A DNA stretch of 64,000 bases from IMG/VR virus record IMGVR_UViG_3300031991_000033. One strand, given 5' to 3'. Positions 28,370-37,174 of this stretch are shown piece by piece. A model generated the notes under the pieces. That model was not told where the DNA came from and did not search any database. It worked only from the letters and a program-made list of their open reading frames with translations. Both the position numbers and the translations under genes were made by a program. The DNA comes from a virus. Numbering within the stretch: position 1 is the stretch's first letter; each line of letters opens with the position of its first letter.

Positions 28370-30739
28370 ATGGCAATTCTTAGGGGCTTTCCACCGTCGA
28401 ACACAATTTCGCCGAGTGTAAGAATTACAGAAAAGGATTTGTCCTTTATCGCACCAGAACAATCCTTCCATCGTGCTGGATTGGTTGGGTTCGCATCTAA
28501 AGGACCGATCAACGTACCTACGGTTATCGCTACTCAGCGTCAACTCAATAGTGTGTTTGGTTATCCGCACCCAGAAAGTGGCGACCCATACTTGATCTAC
28601 GCTGCTTCGCAATACTTGCTCATTGCAAACGAACTGTACGTTGTTCGTGTAGCTGACGAGGACCAAGTAAGTGACGAACGAGCAAACGTCGCCGAAGTAG
28701 AAGTACCTTCTGCTGGCGGTCGCATTCAGGTTGAATCTGATACGGCTGGTCCTTACACATTTGCAACCGACGTGTTTTTCCGTTGGAGACTGAACGGCGT
28801 ACTTTCGCCTAAGACGGTTGTCCAATTGGCTGGCACTTACTCAACTGCACAACTTGTTGTTGACTTGAACTCTCAGTTGGTGGGTGACATCGACGGTATC
28901 CAGTTCTACGCAACGACTGATGACAAGCTTGCAGTTATGACGACCTTCTCCTTCGGTCCTGATGCCGAACTTGAGTTGGTTGCTGTGCAAGACGCCATGT
29001 ACGGTGGAGACGTTTACGACGGTCTCGACGCAGAGGCAACGAACATCACTGGTCTTGGTACTGGTATGACTCGTGCTCGTTTTGTTGGTAGCAAGTCTCA
29101 GTATCCTGAAGCTTACCAAACCGCTGGTGACTATGACTTCACTGGTTTGACCGAGCTTAACATTCAGATCGTGATCGATGGAACCGACAACACATTGATT
29201 GACAATGTTGTTCAGGTGATCGACCTCGAAGACCTCGAAGGTGCTGAATGGTCGATTGCTGAAATCGTTGACGAAATCAACAACCAGAAGGTCGAAAACG
29301 GTGGTGATCTACCGGGCGGCTGGACTGCATACGAAGAAGGTGACAACCTTGCCTTCCGTACTGACCATCACGGTCGTGACGCACGTATGTTGGTTAAGAG
29401 CGATTCGACGGCTGCTGGTATCTTCGGACTTGAAGCTGTAACCAAAGAAGGTTTGTCTCCAATCGGAACTTCCGGTGACGCTGCCGTACACACTTACGGT
29501 CGAGTCAATGGTGACGCCAACAGCAGTGGTGCTGTAACCTTCACGGCGATGGCTGACTCTGCTGGTATCGACGGTAACGCTACTCAGATTTTGGTAAGCA
29601 ACAACATTCGTGAAGGTAACTTCACGGTAGAGGTTTACAATAATGGTGTTCAGGTTGAAGCTTGGGGTAATCTAACCAAAGACGAAACAAGTCGTTTCTA
29701 TGTTGAAACCTACTTGTCTCTCGTGTCTGATTGGATTCGTGTTGAAGACAACACAGCAAATGCTGCTCCTCCGCTCGACGGAACATACACGCTCGTGGGT
29801 GGTTCTGACGGTATTCCGTCCGACCCAGACGATCAGGACGCTTTGATCATCGGTAACCAGCTTGGTTTCACCGGTATCTACGCCCTATCTGAACCTGAGC
29901 AAATCGACATCGACTTGATCGCTGTTCCGGGTCACACATCCACTTCGGTGGTTTTGGCTCTGCTCGATCTCTGTCAAAACATCCGTATGGATACTTTGGC
30001 GATCATTGATCCGCCATTCGGTCTTACGGTAAACGAAATCATTGCATGGCAGAATGGTACTCACCCGCTGAATACGACTCGATTCGACAGCGACTTCGGT
30101 GCTCTCTTCTGGCCATGGTTGAAGATGCGAGACAACTTCAACCGAGTTGACGTATGGGTTCCACCTTCTGGTTCTGTAATGGCGACTATCGCTCGTTCTG
30201 ATCAGTTGAGTGCTCCTTGGTTCGCACCTGCTGGTGTAAACCGTGGTACGGTTCCAAACATCACGGACGTGTTCTCACGCCCAACGCTTTCTGAGCGAGA
30301 TTTGATGTACGGTTACCGTAACTGCATCAACCCGATTGTACAGTTTGTGGACTTTGAAGGCTTCGTCATCTGGGGTCAGAAGACATTGCAACGACGCCCA
30401 ACGGCACTCGACCGTATTAACGTTCGCCGCTTGATGTTCTACATCGAGAAGCGTATCCGAGCCGCCAGCCGTCAGCTTCTATTCGATCCACACGATGAAG
30501 AGTTGCGACAGAAGTTCGTCCGAATTGCCACAGCCATTTTGACTGAGGTACAGGTAGGACGAGGTTTGACTGACTTCCGTGTTAAGTGTGATGATGAGCT
30601 TAACCCACCAGATGTCATCGACCGTAACGAAATGCGTGCCCGAATTGGTGTTCAGCCAACGAGAGCCGCAGAATTCATCTTCATCGAATTCTCTATCCAC
30701 AGAACTGGTTCGTTCGCTGAAAACGCAGACACCTTCTAA
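28370..30739 (+). CDS. Contractile tail sheath protein, T4 gp18-like
   Basis: SPSVRITEKDLS, GLVGFASKGP, LVGGSDG, IIDPP, WVPPSG, PWFAPAGVNRG, INPIV, WGQKTL, DRINVRRL, FRVKCDDELNPPDVIDRNE and PTRAAEFI. Confidence 0.97.
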   Translation: MAILRGFPPSNTISPSVRITEKDLSFIAPEQSFHRAGLVGFASKGPINVPTVIATQRQLNSVFGYPHPESGDPYLIYAASQYLLIANELYVVRVADEDQVSDERANVAEVEVPSAGGRIQVESDTAGPYTFATDVFFRWRLNGVLSPKTVVQLAGTYSTAQLVVDLNSQLVGDIDGIQFYATTDDKLAVMTTFSFGPDAELELVAVQDAMYGGDVYDGLDAEATNITGLGTGMTRARFVGSKSQYPEAYQTAGDYDFTGLTELNIQIVIDGTDNTLIDNVVQVIDLEDLEGAEWSIAEIVDEINNQKVENGGDLPGGWTAYEEGDNLAFRTDHHGRDARMLVKSDSTAAGIFGLEAVTKEGLSPIGTSGDAAVHTYGRVNGDANSSGAVTFTAMADSAGIDGNATQILVSNNIREGNFTVEVYNNGVQVEAWGNLTKDETSRFYVETYLSLVSDWIRVEDNTANAAPPLDGTYTLVGGSDGIPSDPDDQDALIIGNQLGFTGIYALSEPEQIDIDLIAVPGHTSTSVVLALLDLCQNIRMDTLAIIDPPFGLTVNEIIAWQNGTHPLNTTRFDSDFGALFWPWLKMRDNFNRVDVWVPPSGSVMATIARSDQLSAPWFAPAGVNRGTVPNITDVFSRPTLSERDLMYGYRNCINPIVQFVDFEGFVIWGQKTLQRRPTALDRINVRRLMFYIEKRIRAASRQLLFDPHDEELRQKFVRIATAILTEVQVGRGLTDFRVKCDDELNPPDVIDRNEMRARIGVQPTRAAEFIFIEFSIHRTGSFAENADTF

Positions 30740-30750
30740 TCATTGAGATG

Positions 30751-30782
30751 TTAGGGGGCACTCGTCCTGAGTGCCCCCTAAA
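30751..30782 (+). promoter_or_regulatory. Strong 13-bp intergenic hairpin between sheath and tube genes
   Basis: TTAGGGGGCACTC-GTCCT-GAGTGCCCCCTAA with no T-tract; attenuation, mRNA-stability or processing element rather than a clear terminator. Confidence 0.6.
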
Positions 30783-30819
30783 ACATCTTGTTAAGCATAT
30801 ATAACTTCAAGGAGAAAGA

Positions 30820-31362
30820 ATGGCACAGATGGGAATTGGCAACGTAGGGTTGCCCGGTGTCATCTTCAAGAGGAAGTTCCGTTGGACTCTCGAAATTAGC
30901 ACACCTTGCGGCTTTATACCGAAACATTACGTAAAAGTAGCCGGAAGACCTAAGCTCGAAATTGACGACACGGAAATTAACTTCCTCAATGCCGTGACAT
31001 GGATTCCCGGCAAAGCAAGATGGCAACCAATTACAGTAACCTACCGTGACGTTGCAGCAAACGATTTTGGATCACTTTATTCGTGGATCGCTTCGGTTTA
31101 CGACTTCACTGATCCTGCCAACCTGAAGCAAAGTGAAAAAGCAGGTTGGAATGGGGTTGCCAGACTCGATCTTTACGATGGTTGCGGTGCAAATTTGGAA
31201 ACATGGTTTCTAGCATCTTGCTGGCCACAATCCATTGATTTTGGCGAATTAGATTACGAAAGCTCAGACGAGGTAACAATCGAACTTACACTTCGATACT
31301 CAGAAATTCAATACCAGAATCGTTGTGGTCCGGGCGTAAGTCCGTGCTGTTCTGGATGTTAA
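30820..31362 (+). CDS. Tail tube protein gp19-like, paralog 1
   Basis: FKRKFRW, RPKLEIDDTEINFLN, IPGKARWQPITVTYRD, LYDGCG, WPQSIDFGELDY and IELTLRYS. Confidence 0.9.
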   Translation: MAQMGIGNVGLPGVIFKRKFRWTLEISTPCGFIPKHYVKVAGRPKLEIDDTEINFLNAVTWIPGKARWQPITVTYRDVAANDFGSLYSWIASVYDFTDPANLKQSEKAGWNGVARLDLYDGCGANLETWFLASCWPQSIDFGELDYESSDEVTIELTLRYSEIQYQNRCGPGVSPCCSGC

Positions 31363-31380
31363 ACATAACGGGAGACAAAT

Positions 31381-31983
31381 ATGGCAGATAGACGACCTAT
31401 GGGTATCGGTAAAGTTGGTCGAGCCGATATGACCTTCAAACGTAAGTTCCGTTTTACGTTTGAGATTCAAGGGTTCTGCGACAACGAGAAAAACGTTGTA
31501 CCTGAGAGCTTCGTAACTGTGGCATCTCGACCGAACCTTTCGATTGAAGAAACGGAAATCAACCACTTGAACGCTAAGACATGGATTCCGGGCAAAGCCT
31601 CTTGGGAAACCATTACAGTCTCTTATCTTGACGTTGCTCATGAAGAGATGCGTAGCTTGTGGAACTGGCTGGCAACAGTATACGACTTCACTGATCCAGT
31701 TATGCTTGGACAAGCTGAGAAGCGTGATTGGGACGCCACAGGTGTTCTCAACATGTACGATGGATGCGGTACGTTGATTGAAGGTTGGGAACTACAACAC
31801 ATGTGGCCACAAGCTATCAACTTCGGCGATCTGGACTACTCGGTATCGGATATTGCAACAATTGAATTGACCTTGCGATTCTCCGACGTTAAGTACCGAT
31901 CCTACTGCCCAGACTTCATCCCAGAAGCTTGCTGCTCACCTTGCGGTACGAGCGTCAAGAAAGTAAACGGACTCGAATTCTAA
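31381..31983 (+). CDS. Tail tube protein gp19-like, paralog 2
   Basis: Same motif set (RPNLSIEETEIN, IPGKASWETITVSY, YDGCG, WPQAINFGDLDY). Confidence 0.9.
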   Translation: MADRRPMGIGKVGRADMTFKRKFRFTFEIQGFCDNEKNVVPESFVTVASRPNLSIEETEINHLNAKTWIPGKASWETITVSYLDVAHEEMRSLWNWLATVYDFTDPVMLGQAEKRDWDATGVLNMYDGCGTLIEGWELQHMWPQAINFGDLDYSVSDIATIELTLRFSDVKYRSYCPDFIPEACCSPCGTSVKKVNGLEF

Positions 31984-31997
31984 GAATAGGAGCATAA

Positions 31998-32570
31998 ATG
32001 GCTGAAAAGATTCCAATGGGAATTGGAAGACTAGGATTTCAGAACCTAGTCTTCAAACGAAAATTCCGTTTTACATTCGAACTGGAAGATATTTGCGGTG
32101 GTCAGAAAGTGCCTAAGCACTTCGTTAAGGTTGCCGCTCGTCCAAGTTTGAGTATTGAAGAAACCGAAATCAACTTTCTGAATGCCAAGACATGGATTCC
32201 GGGCAAAGCCTCTTGGGAAACAATGACGGTGACTTACATCGACGTTGCCGACCAAGAAATGGGTCCACTTTTCAGTTGGCTTGCTTCTGTTTACAACTTT
32301 ACCGATCCTATTCAGTTGCAACAAGGTTCTCAACGACGTGACTATACCGCAACTGGTATTATCAAATTGTGGGATGGCTGTGGTGAGTTGCTTGAAATCT
32401 GGACACTGAAAGATGTTTGGCCAAATGCCATCAATTTTGGTGAGTTAGATTACTCTGTTTCTGATGAAGCAACAATTGAACTCACACTTCGTTATAGTGA
32501 CGTTAGCTACCAGAATATCTGCCCCGGCTTTACGATTAGCCCATGCTGCTCTGGTTGCCCCGCCGGGTAG
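31998..32570 (+). CDS. Tail tube protein gp19-like, paralog 3
   Basis: Same motif set (RPSLSIEETEIN, IPGKASWE, WDGCG, WPNAINFGELDY). Confidence 0.9.
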   Translation: MAEKIPMGIGRLGFQNLVFKRKFRFTFELEDICGGQKVPKHFVKVAARPSLSIEETEINFLNAKTWIPGKASWETMTVTYIDVADQEMGPLFSWLASVYNFTDPIQLQQGSQRRDYTATGIIKLWDGCGELLEIWTLKDVWPNAINFGELDYSVSDEATIELTLRYSDVSYQNICPGFTISPCCSGCPAG

Positions 32571-32649
32571 CCCAACGGCTCCACCAACGCCAACTGACAA
32601 CGGGACTGTTTAATCAAAGACTAACTGAGGAAGCCCGGTTAGTTGTCAT

Positions 32650-32684
32650 AAGGGGAAGAGGCATGTTGCCCCTTCCCCTTTTTT
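32650..32684 (+). terminator. Intrinsic terminator after tube paralog 3
   Basis: AAGGGGAAGAGGC-ATGTT-GCCCCTTCCCCTT followed by a T-tract. Confidence 0.85.
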
Positions 32685-32706
32685 CATATACAAGAAGGAA
32701 TCTGAT

Positions 32707-33255
32707 ATGGCTCGAATGGGACTACAATTCGGACTTGAAACAAACTCTTTTGACGAAAACAACAAAGTATTCGCCAAAACGTGTCTTCGAAAATTTCGTT
32801 GGTTGTTTAAGATCGACGATATCTCTGCTGATGGAGCACAAAGCCTTCCACCATCTCAAGCCGCAAGACCAAGTTTAAGTTTCACTGAAACTGAAGTTCG
32901 TCACGTCAACGAAAACTTTTTCTATCCAGCTAAACCAGACTGGAAGCCTATTTCGTTGGTGTTATTCGATGTGATGAAAACCAATGAATCGGGCGGAAGA
33001 AGACACCCAATCTTCGAATGGTTGAAAGAGATTTACGACCCGAAAGAAGATTCCAAATGGAAACCTGCCGCTGATGGATTCATTAAAGATGCCCGTCTTG
33101 AAATGCTTGACGGTTGCGGCACAGTGTTGGAAAGATGGGTCTTTGAAAACGTATGGCCGCAGGTCGTTGACTTCGGCTCGCTCGATATGGCGAACAACGA
33201 AGTCGTGACCTGCGACCTTACGCTACGATACGCAAGAGCGTATATCGAAAGTTAG
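32707..33255 (+). CDS. Tail tube protein gp19-like, paralog 4 (more divergent)
   Basis: RKFRWLF, RPSLSFTETEV, KPDWKPISLVLFD, LDGCG, WPQVVDFGSLDM and CDLTLRY. Confidence 0.85.
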   Translation: MARMGLQFGLETNSFDENNKVFAKTCLRKFRWLFKIDDISADGAQSLPPSQAARPSLSFTETEVRHVNENFFYPAKPDWKPISLVLFDVMKTNESGGRRHPIFEWLKEIYDPKEDSKWKPAADGFIKDARLEMLDGCGTVLERWVFENVWPQVVDFGSLDMANNEVVTCDLTLRYARAYIES

Positions 33256-33488
33256 AAGTCCAAGTCCTCTTCGAGAATCTCACGCATTGCTGTTAGAGCA
33301 TCCTCTAATTCCTTGCTTTTCCAGTCTAGTTCACGACAAGTGCGACTCTTATTGAGTCGCCCCTTTTTCGTGTAAACTTTGTCTTCATTGTCTAAGAGAC
33401 AATCGACCAGTTCTCCATAACCTCGTTTGCGAAGCTTGTCAATAAGCTCGCTATTTTCCAAAATTTCCATAGGATTGGCTACTCGCAT
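33252..33488 (-). CDS. Small protein, possibly HTH / late-transcription associated
   Basis: 78 aa; RLNKSRTCRELDWKSKELEDAL; co-oriented downstream of the sigma factor. Confidence 0.65.
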   Translation of the reverse strand: MRVANPMEILENSELIDKLRKRGYGELVDCLLDNEDKVYTKKGRLNKSRTCRELDWKSKELEDALTAMREILEEDLDF

Positions 33489-33516
33489 AATACGACTTCC
33501 TTCAATGATTGGTGGT

Positions 33517-34071
33517 TTAATTCATGAAGGAAAAATCGGAACCCGATCTTTCCTTGCCGTTCCTTCGGAAGACTGACTCAAAACGATCCTGAAGATAGTT
33601 GAAATACTTCTTCTTCAATTCGTTGTAGTTGCGATTGCTTCTATAAATCTGTCGAAAATGATTGATGATGCAGGTCGTCATGTAGTTAAAGGCACACCCT
33701 TTACGTGGATCAAACCTGTCAATCTTTTCAAAGCAAATCAGCACCGCCTCTTGCGTTGCATCATCCACATCAATACCAGAATAGCGATTGATGTAGTAGT
33801 TTGCGATGTTCTCGGACAAAATGTAGAAATCTTGAGTCAGTTCTGCCTGATACTGTTCAAACTGTTCACATGCGTTTCGGTAGTCATCTTCTTGTAGCCG
33901 TAGTGCTTCTTCGTTGGTGCTCTTGTTGTTTTTGCTTTGTTTCTGTTGTCTTGCGACTGTTTCTCTCAAATCCTTGAGAACGAGTTGGCATCGTGCCTTC
34001 TTTTTCTTGAACATCTGAAAGTTGTAGATCACAGATTCAAATGTCTGATTGTTAAGGTACTCGTTTGCCAT
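33517..34071 (-). CDS. RNA polymerase sigma factor, T4 gp55-like
   Basis: N-terminal EYLNN..F; region-2-like DDATQEAVLICFEKIDRFDPRKGCAFNYMTTCIINHF; no region 4. Confidence 0.8.
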   Translation of the reverse strand: MANEYLNNQTFESVIYNFQMFKKKKARCQLVLKDLRETVARQQKQSKNNKSTNEEALRLQEDDYRNACEQFEQYQAELTQDFYILSENIANYYINRYSGIDVDDATQEAVLICFEKIDRFDPRKGCAFNYMTTCIINHFRQIYRSNRNYNELKKKYFNYLQDRFESVFRRNGKERSGSDFSFMN

Positions 34072-34157
34072 AACACTCCTTCAAAGGTACAGGGTAGTAT
34101 ATATCTCCGTCTAGGTCCAGATAATTTCTGAGAAAATTTGGACTATCTTATTACAGT

Positions 34158-34397
34158 ATGCAACTTACAGAGATATTCGCCGAAATTCAAGCAAACCCTG
34201 ATAACTTACAGGCTTACCGCCGATTGATCGCCTATTACAAAGATTGTAATCGGTTGGATGAGGCAGGTGCTTTTGAGTACCTAGTGGAGACAAAGTATGG
34301 ACCTCACCGTTCAAATTCTAGCCAAAAACCAACAGACCCAAGTAGTTCAGACAATCCAATCTCTGCAACACCTGAAGTGCCAAATACTGGTAAATGA
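34158..34397 (+). CDS. Small TPR-like helical protein
   Basis: IQANPDNLQAYRRLIAYY...RLDEA. Confidence 0.55.
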   Translation: MQLTEIFAEIQANPDNLQAYRRLIAYYKDCNRLDEAGAFEYLVETKYGPHRSNSSQKPTDPSSSDNPISATPEVPNTGK

Positions 34398-35250
34398 CCT
34401 AGGATCACAGGACAAAACGGTCGAATACGCCCAAAAAGCCGGGGCTTACGTGCTCCACCATAACTCCACCGACCGCTCGGAAATTAGAAACAGAATTGTT
34501 GAACAATCTGGTACTAAGTTTCAGATGTACCTCGAACCGGGGGAGGTATTACTTCAAGGGCTACAAGAGATTCAGTCTTTCGAAGATATTTCCGCCTATG
34601 TATCTATTATTATCAATGGTACTTTAAGGAAAGAAATTCGACTTTGGAATTCCGAGAAAAAGTTTCGTTTCCATAACCCTGTCTTCGAATACCTTGATTG
34701 CAAAACCGACCTTGAGGTCAACGCATTTTTAAGCGGCGTGATTAACAATGATCCCGAACAGCTTCAGGCGTTACGCAATTGGCGAGCGAAGGAGCCTACG
34801 AATCCCTCACCCTACTATTATGAATCCTGTTTGCTCTTGTCGATGGGCGATATTGACGGTTTCATGAACATGTCTCAGCATTACATGTTTATCGAGACGC
34901 AGAAGACCTCTATGCCAGCAATCATGAACCGATACTACTTCGCCCTAGCTCATTTGCATAAAGGTAAGGTGAGACCGACATTGCAGAACATCAATCTATG
35001 CGTGTGTGCCAGACCGTTGATGGCAGAGTTTTGGTGTCTAATGGGAGACGTTTACTACTATCTCATTAAAGACTTCAAGAAAGCGATGTCGTTGTACGAA
35101 AATGCCAAATTACTTGGCTCACGACGAAAGAAGGGGGACAAATGGCCAATGGATATATCGAAATACAAGGATTACCCCAACAAGATGATTGATAGCTGCA
35201 AGAAAATCAATGAGTCTTTTGGAATTTACGCACTTGCTCTCAATGCTTGA
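34297..35250 (+). CDS. GT2-like glycosyltransferase domain plus TPR repeats
   Basis: ILVNDLGSQDKTVEYAQKAGA, then helical repeats (SPYYY, NRYYFAL, PLMAEFWCLMGDVYY); GGAG RBS. Confidence 0.75.
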   Translation: MDLTVQILAKNQQTQVVQTIQSLQHLKCQILVNDLGSQDKTVEYAQKAGAYVLHHNSTDRSEIRNRIVEQSGTKFQMYLEPGEVLLQGLQEIQSFEDISAYVSIIINGTLRKEIRLWNSEKKFRFHNPVFEYLDCKTDLEVNAFLSGVINNDPEQLQALRNWRAKEPTNPSPYYYESCLLLSMGDIDGFMNMSQHYMFIETQKTSMPAIMNRYYFALAHLHKGKVRPTLQNINLCVCARPLMAEFWCLMGDVYYYLIKDFKKAMSLYENAKLLGSRRKKGDKWPMDISKYKDYPNKMIDSCKKINESFGIYALALNA

Positions 35251-35672
35251 TCGATCTTTTTGCTGATGTCAGAAATCTTTTGAAGCTGCATTCTGTGAGC
35301 CTCTTTCAAATTCACTTTCTGATCTGTGATGTCCACCAAGCATCCCTCAATGCAAGAGCCGCCACAATTGATATGGAGATTGGCAGCAGCCCATACACTA
35401 CGCCCATTTGGTAACGAGAACTTGATTTCGTATTTATTGACTTCACCAGTACGCTGAATTTCTTTGATCAACTTTTTGCGTTCTGAATCTGGGTAAAGTT
35501 CCCGTGAGTTCCCGTAAGCGATAAGCTCGTCTACAGAATCAAATCCAAGCATTGTGGCGGCAAACTTGTTTGCCATCAAGAATTCACCGGTTTCTAGGTC
35601 GGTGCGTACAAATGCGACAGGCGTATCTTCGAAGAAGTATTTGTATTCTTCAAGTTGAAGTCTTTGATCCAT
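35226..35672 (-). CDS. Stand-alone PAS-domain (PAS/PAC) protein
   Basis: FFEDTPVAFVRTD..GEFLMANKFAATMLGFDSVDELI...YEIKFSLPNGRSVW....IEGCLVDITDQK. Confidence 0.9.
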   Translation of the reverse strand: MDQRLQLEEYKYFFEDTPVAFVRTDLETGEFLMANKFAATMLGFDSVDELIAYGNSRELYPDSERKKLIKEIQRTGEVNKYEIKFSLPNGRSVWAAANLHINCGGSCIEGCLVDITDQKVNLKEAHRMQLQKISDISKKIDQALRASA

Positions 35673-35717
35673 AAGTTATCCCCATATAGAATCCCTGTTC
35701 TATTTAGGGATAACAAA

Positions 35718-36107
35718 TTAGAAAATGGCGTCAAGTTCATTAACAACGACGGTAACTTGATCCTGAAATCTAGCCACATCAAGCTGTTTTCGACCGGGTG
35801 GTAATTTACGCAAACGGGCAGCGAGTTCGTCGATATGACAGTTGATGACTGTCCACTCATTTTGAGATACTCTTTCGATCTCTTTCTCTATCTCTGCTGG
35901 ATCGATACGCAGTTTGGTTGGATAGTATTGTGCGATTTGCGAGGATGCATTCTTTAAGACTTTCTTGTAGATCGGGTGATTGCAAGAACAGCCCGGATTC
36001 TTCAAGAACTTCTTAATATCCTCGTCAAGATCAGCCGGTAAAGTCTGGCGAAATCGCTCGTCCAAAAGGGCTTGCTTCACGTCCTGAAGATTGATCTTCT
36101 TCGTCAT
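35718..36107 (-). CDS. Hypothetical protein
   Basis: 129 aa; NPGCSCNHP. Confidence 0.7.
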   Translation of the reverse strand: MTKKINLQDVKQALLDERFRQTLPADLDEDIKKFLKNPGCSCNHPIYKKVLKNASSQIAQYYPTKLRIDPAEIEKEIERVSQNEWTVINCHIDELAARLRKLPPGRKQLDVARFQDQVTVVVNELDAIF

Positions 36108-36390
36108 TTTCTTTCTTCTCCACTATATGCGGAATTGCCTTGACATTAGACTTGCGTGCGGTAACTCCCCTACCACACTTGGGACACTTGAATTTTTTGG
36201 GTCTGGCATTAGTTTTAGGTGTGACTATCTTACCGTTTTCCATAAACGGTATTCCGGTCGGAACCGGAGCCTGTTTGATTTCTACAAGTTTGAAATCGGT
36301 TCCATCTGTTACACGATGAAAACCACAGTCGCAATGTAAAGCGTAAGCTTGACGTTGCTGTTTATTCTCTTTCAGAAAGTTCTGATCCAT
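36031..36390 (-). CDS. Zn-finger hypothetical protein
   Basis: CDCG...CPKCG. Confidence 0.6.
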   Translation of the reverse strand: MDQNFLKENKQQRQAYALHCDCGFHRVTDGTDFKLVEIKQAPVPTGIPFMENGKIVTPKTNARPKKFKCPKCGRGVTARKSNVKAIPHIVEKKENDEEDQSSGREASPFGRAISPDFTG

Positions 36391-36700
36391 CTGGCATCTC
36401 CACATTTACTTCAAAGTCTGTCTTAGACAAGACGAGTTCTGTAAGTAGATAGTGTGTAGACGCTAAGAAGCTACCAGCACAACCACACATCAGAATCACC
36501 AAAGGATTCCAAGAAATCAATACTGCACCACACAGAAAGCCGCACCAAGTACCACAACATTGATGACACTCGAACAATTCATATACCTTGGGGTGCAACC
36601 ATGATTTTAACCAATCACGGATCGGTTCGAACAAGCTGCTGTCCACAATGATGTTCGTCATTCCAATAGTTGCAAAACAGAAAATCAGGAAACTAATCAT
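36362..36700 (-). CDS. DUF1360-like membrane protein
   Basis: TM helix, SSLFEPIRDW, ELFECHQCCGTW and further TM helices; GGAG RBS. Confidence 0.75.
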   Translation of the reverse strand: MISFLIFCFATIGMTNIIVDSSLFEPIRDWLKSWLHPKVYELFECHQCCGTWCGFLCGAVLISWNPLVILMCGCAGSFLASTHYLLTELVLSKTDFEVNVEMPDGSELSERE

Positions 36701-36974
36701 TCGCCTTCTCCTTTTTGTCTTTCTTTTTCTTTTGACGATCCTCATCCTCTGCTGTAGGTTTAGACCGGTATAAGGGGAACGGTTTATCGAAATCGATCTT
36801 TTCTACTCGACTACCTTCATCCACTGTTGGAATGAAGATTACAGCATAGCCGCTCTCAACAGCCAGTTTAACCAGTTCGTCATTCGCCACAGTCATTGAC
36901 TGTAAAAGCTTTTCTTCATCTTGTTCACCAAACTCGTCACGGTTTAGATAACAAGCAATCAATCCTTTAGTCAT
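36693..36974 (-). CDS. Tandem paralog family member 3
   Basis: GLIACYLNRDEF...SRVEKIDFDKPFP. Confidence 0.8.
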   Translation of the reverse strand: MTKGLIACYLNRDEFGEQDEEKLLQSMTVANDELVKLAVESGYAVIFIPTVDEGSRVEKIDFDKPFPLYRSKPTAEDEDRQKKKKDKKEKAND

Positions 36975-37174
36975 GTTTTCTCCTTGAAGTCAATTTTCTC
37001 AATTCTCGACGCTTCGTGTACTGTGGTGAGGAACAGTATTGGATAACCTTGAGATTCAAATTCTTTGATCATCGATTTGTTAGCACGCACCATCAGTTCC
37101 AGAATTTTTTCTTCTTCCATGTTTTGAAAGGCGTCTCTGTTTAAGTAATAGATGATCAGTCCTTTGGGTATCAC
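36971..37174 (-). CDS. Tandem paralog family member 2
   Basis: GLIIYYLNRDAF...SRIEKIDF. Confidence 0.8.
   Translation of the reverse strand: MIPKGLIIYYLNRDAFQNMEEEKILELMVRANKSMIKEFESQGYPILFLTTVHEASRIEKIDFKEKT

Noticed and set aside
32620-32660. Hammerhead or twister ribozyme (CTGAGGA resembles CUGANGA; AAGCCCGG resembles the twister P4 loop)
   Set aside because: No GAAA after a stem II and no cleavage-site helix for hammerhead; the twister pseudoknot partners do not line up.
28370-33255. Extracellular contractile injection system (Afp/PVC/tailocin) suggested by sheath + multiple tubes + an AAA ATPase
   Set aside because: T4-type neck proteins, gp55-like sigma, gp46, DenV and RNR in the same contig indicate a genuine large phage; the AAA gene is 25 kb away.
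34158-34397. Frameshift fusion of the small TPR-like ORF with the GT2-TPR gene
   Set aside because: The downstream gene has its own GGAG RBS at good spacing and no slippery sequence was seen, so a simple overlap is sufficient.
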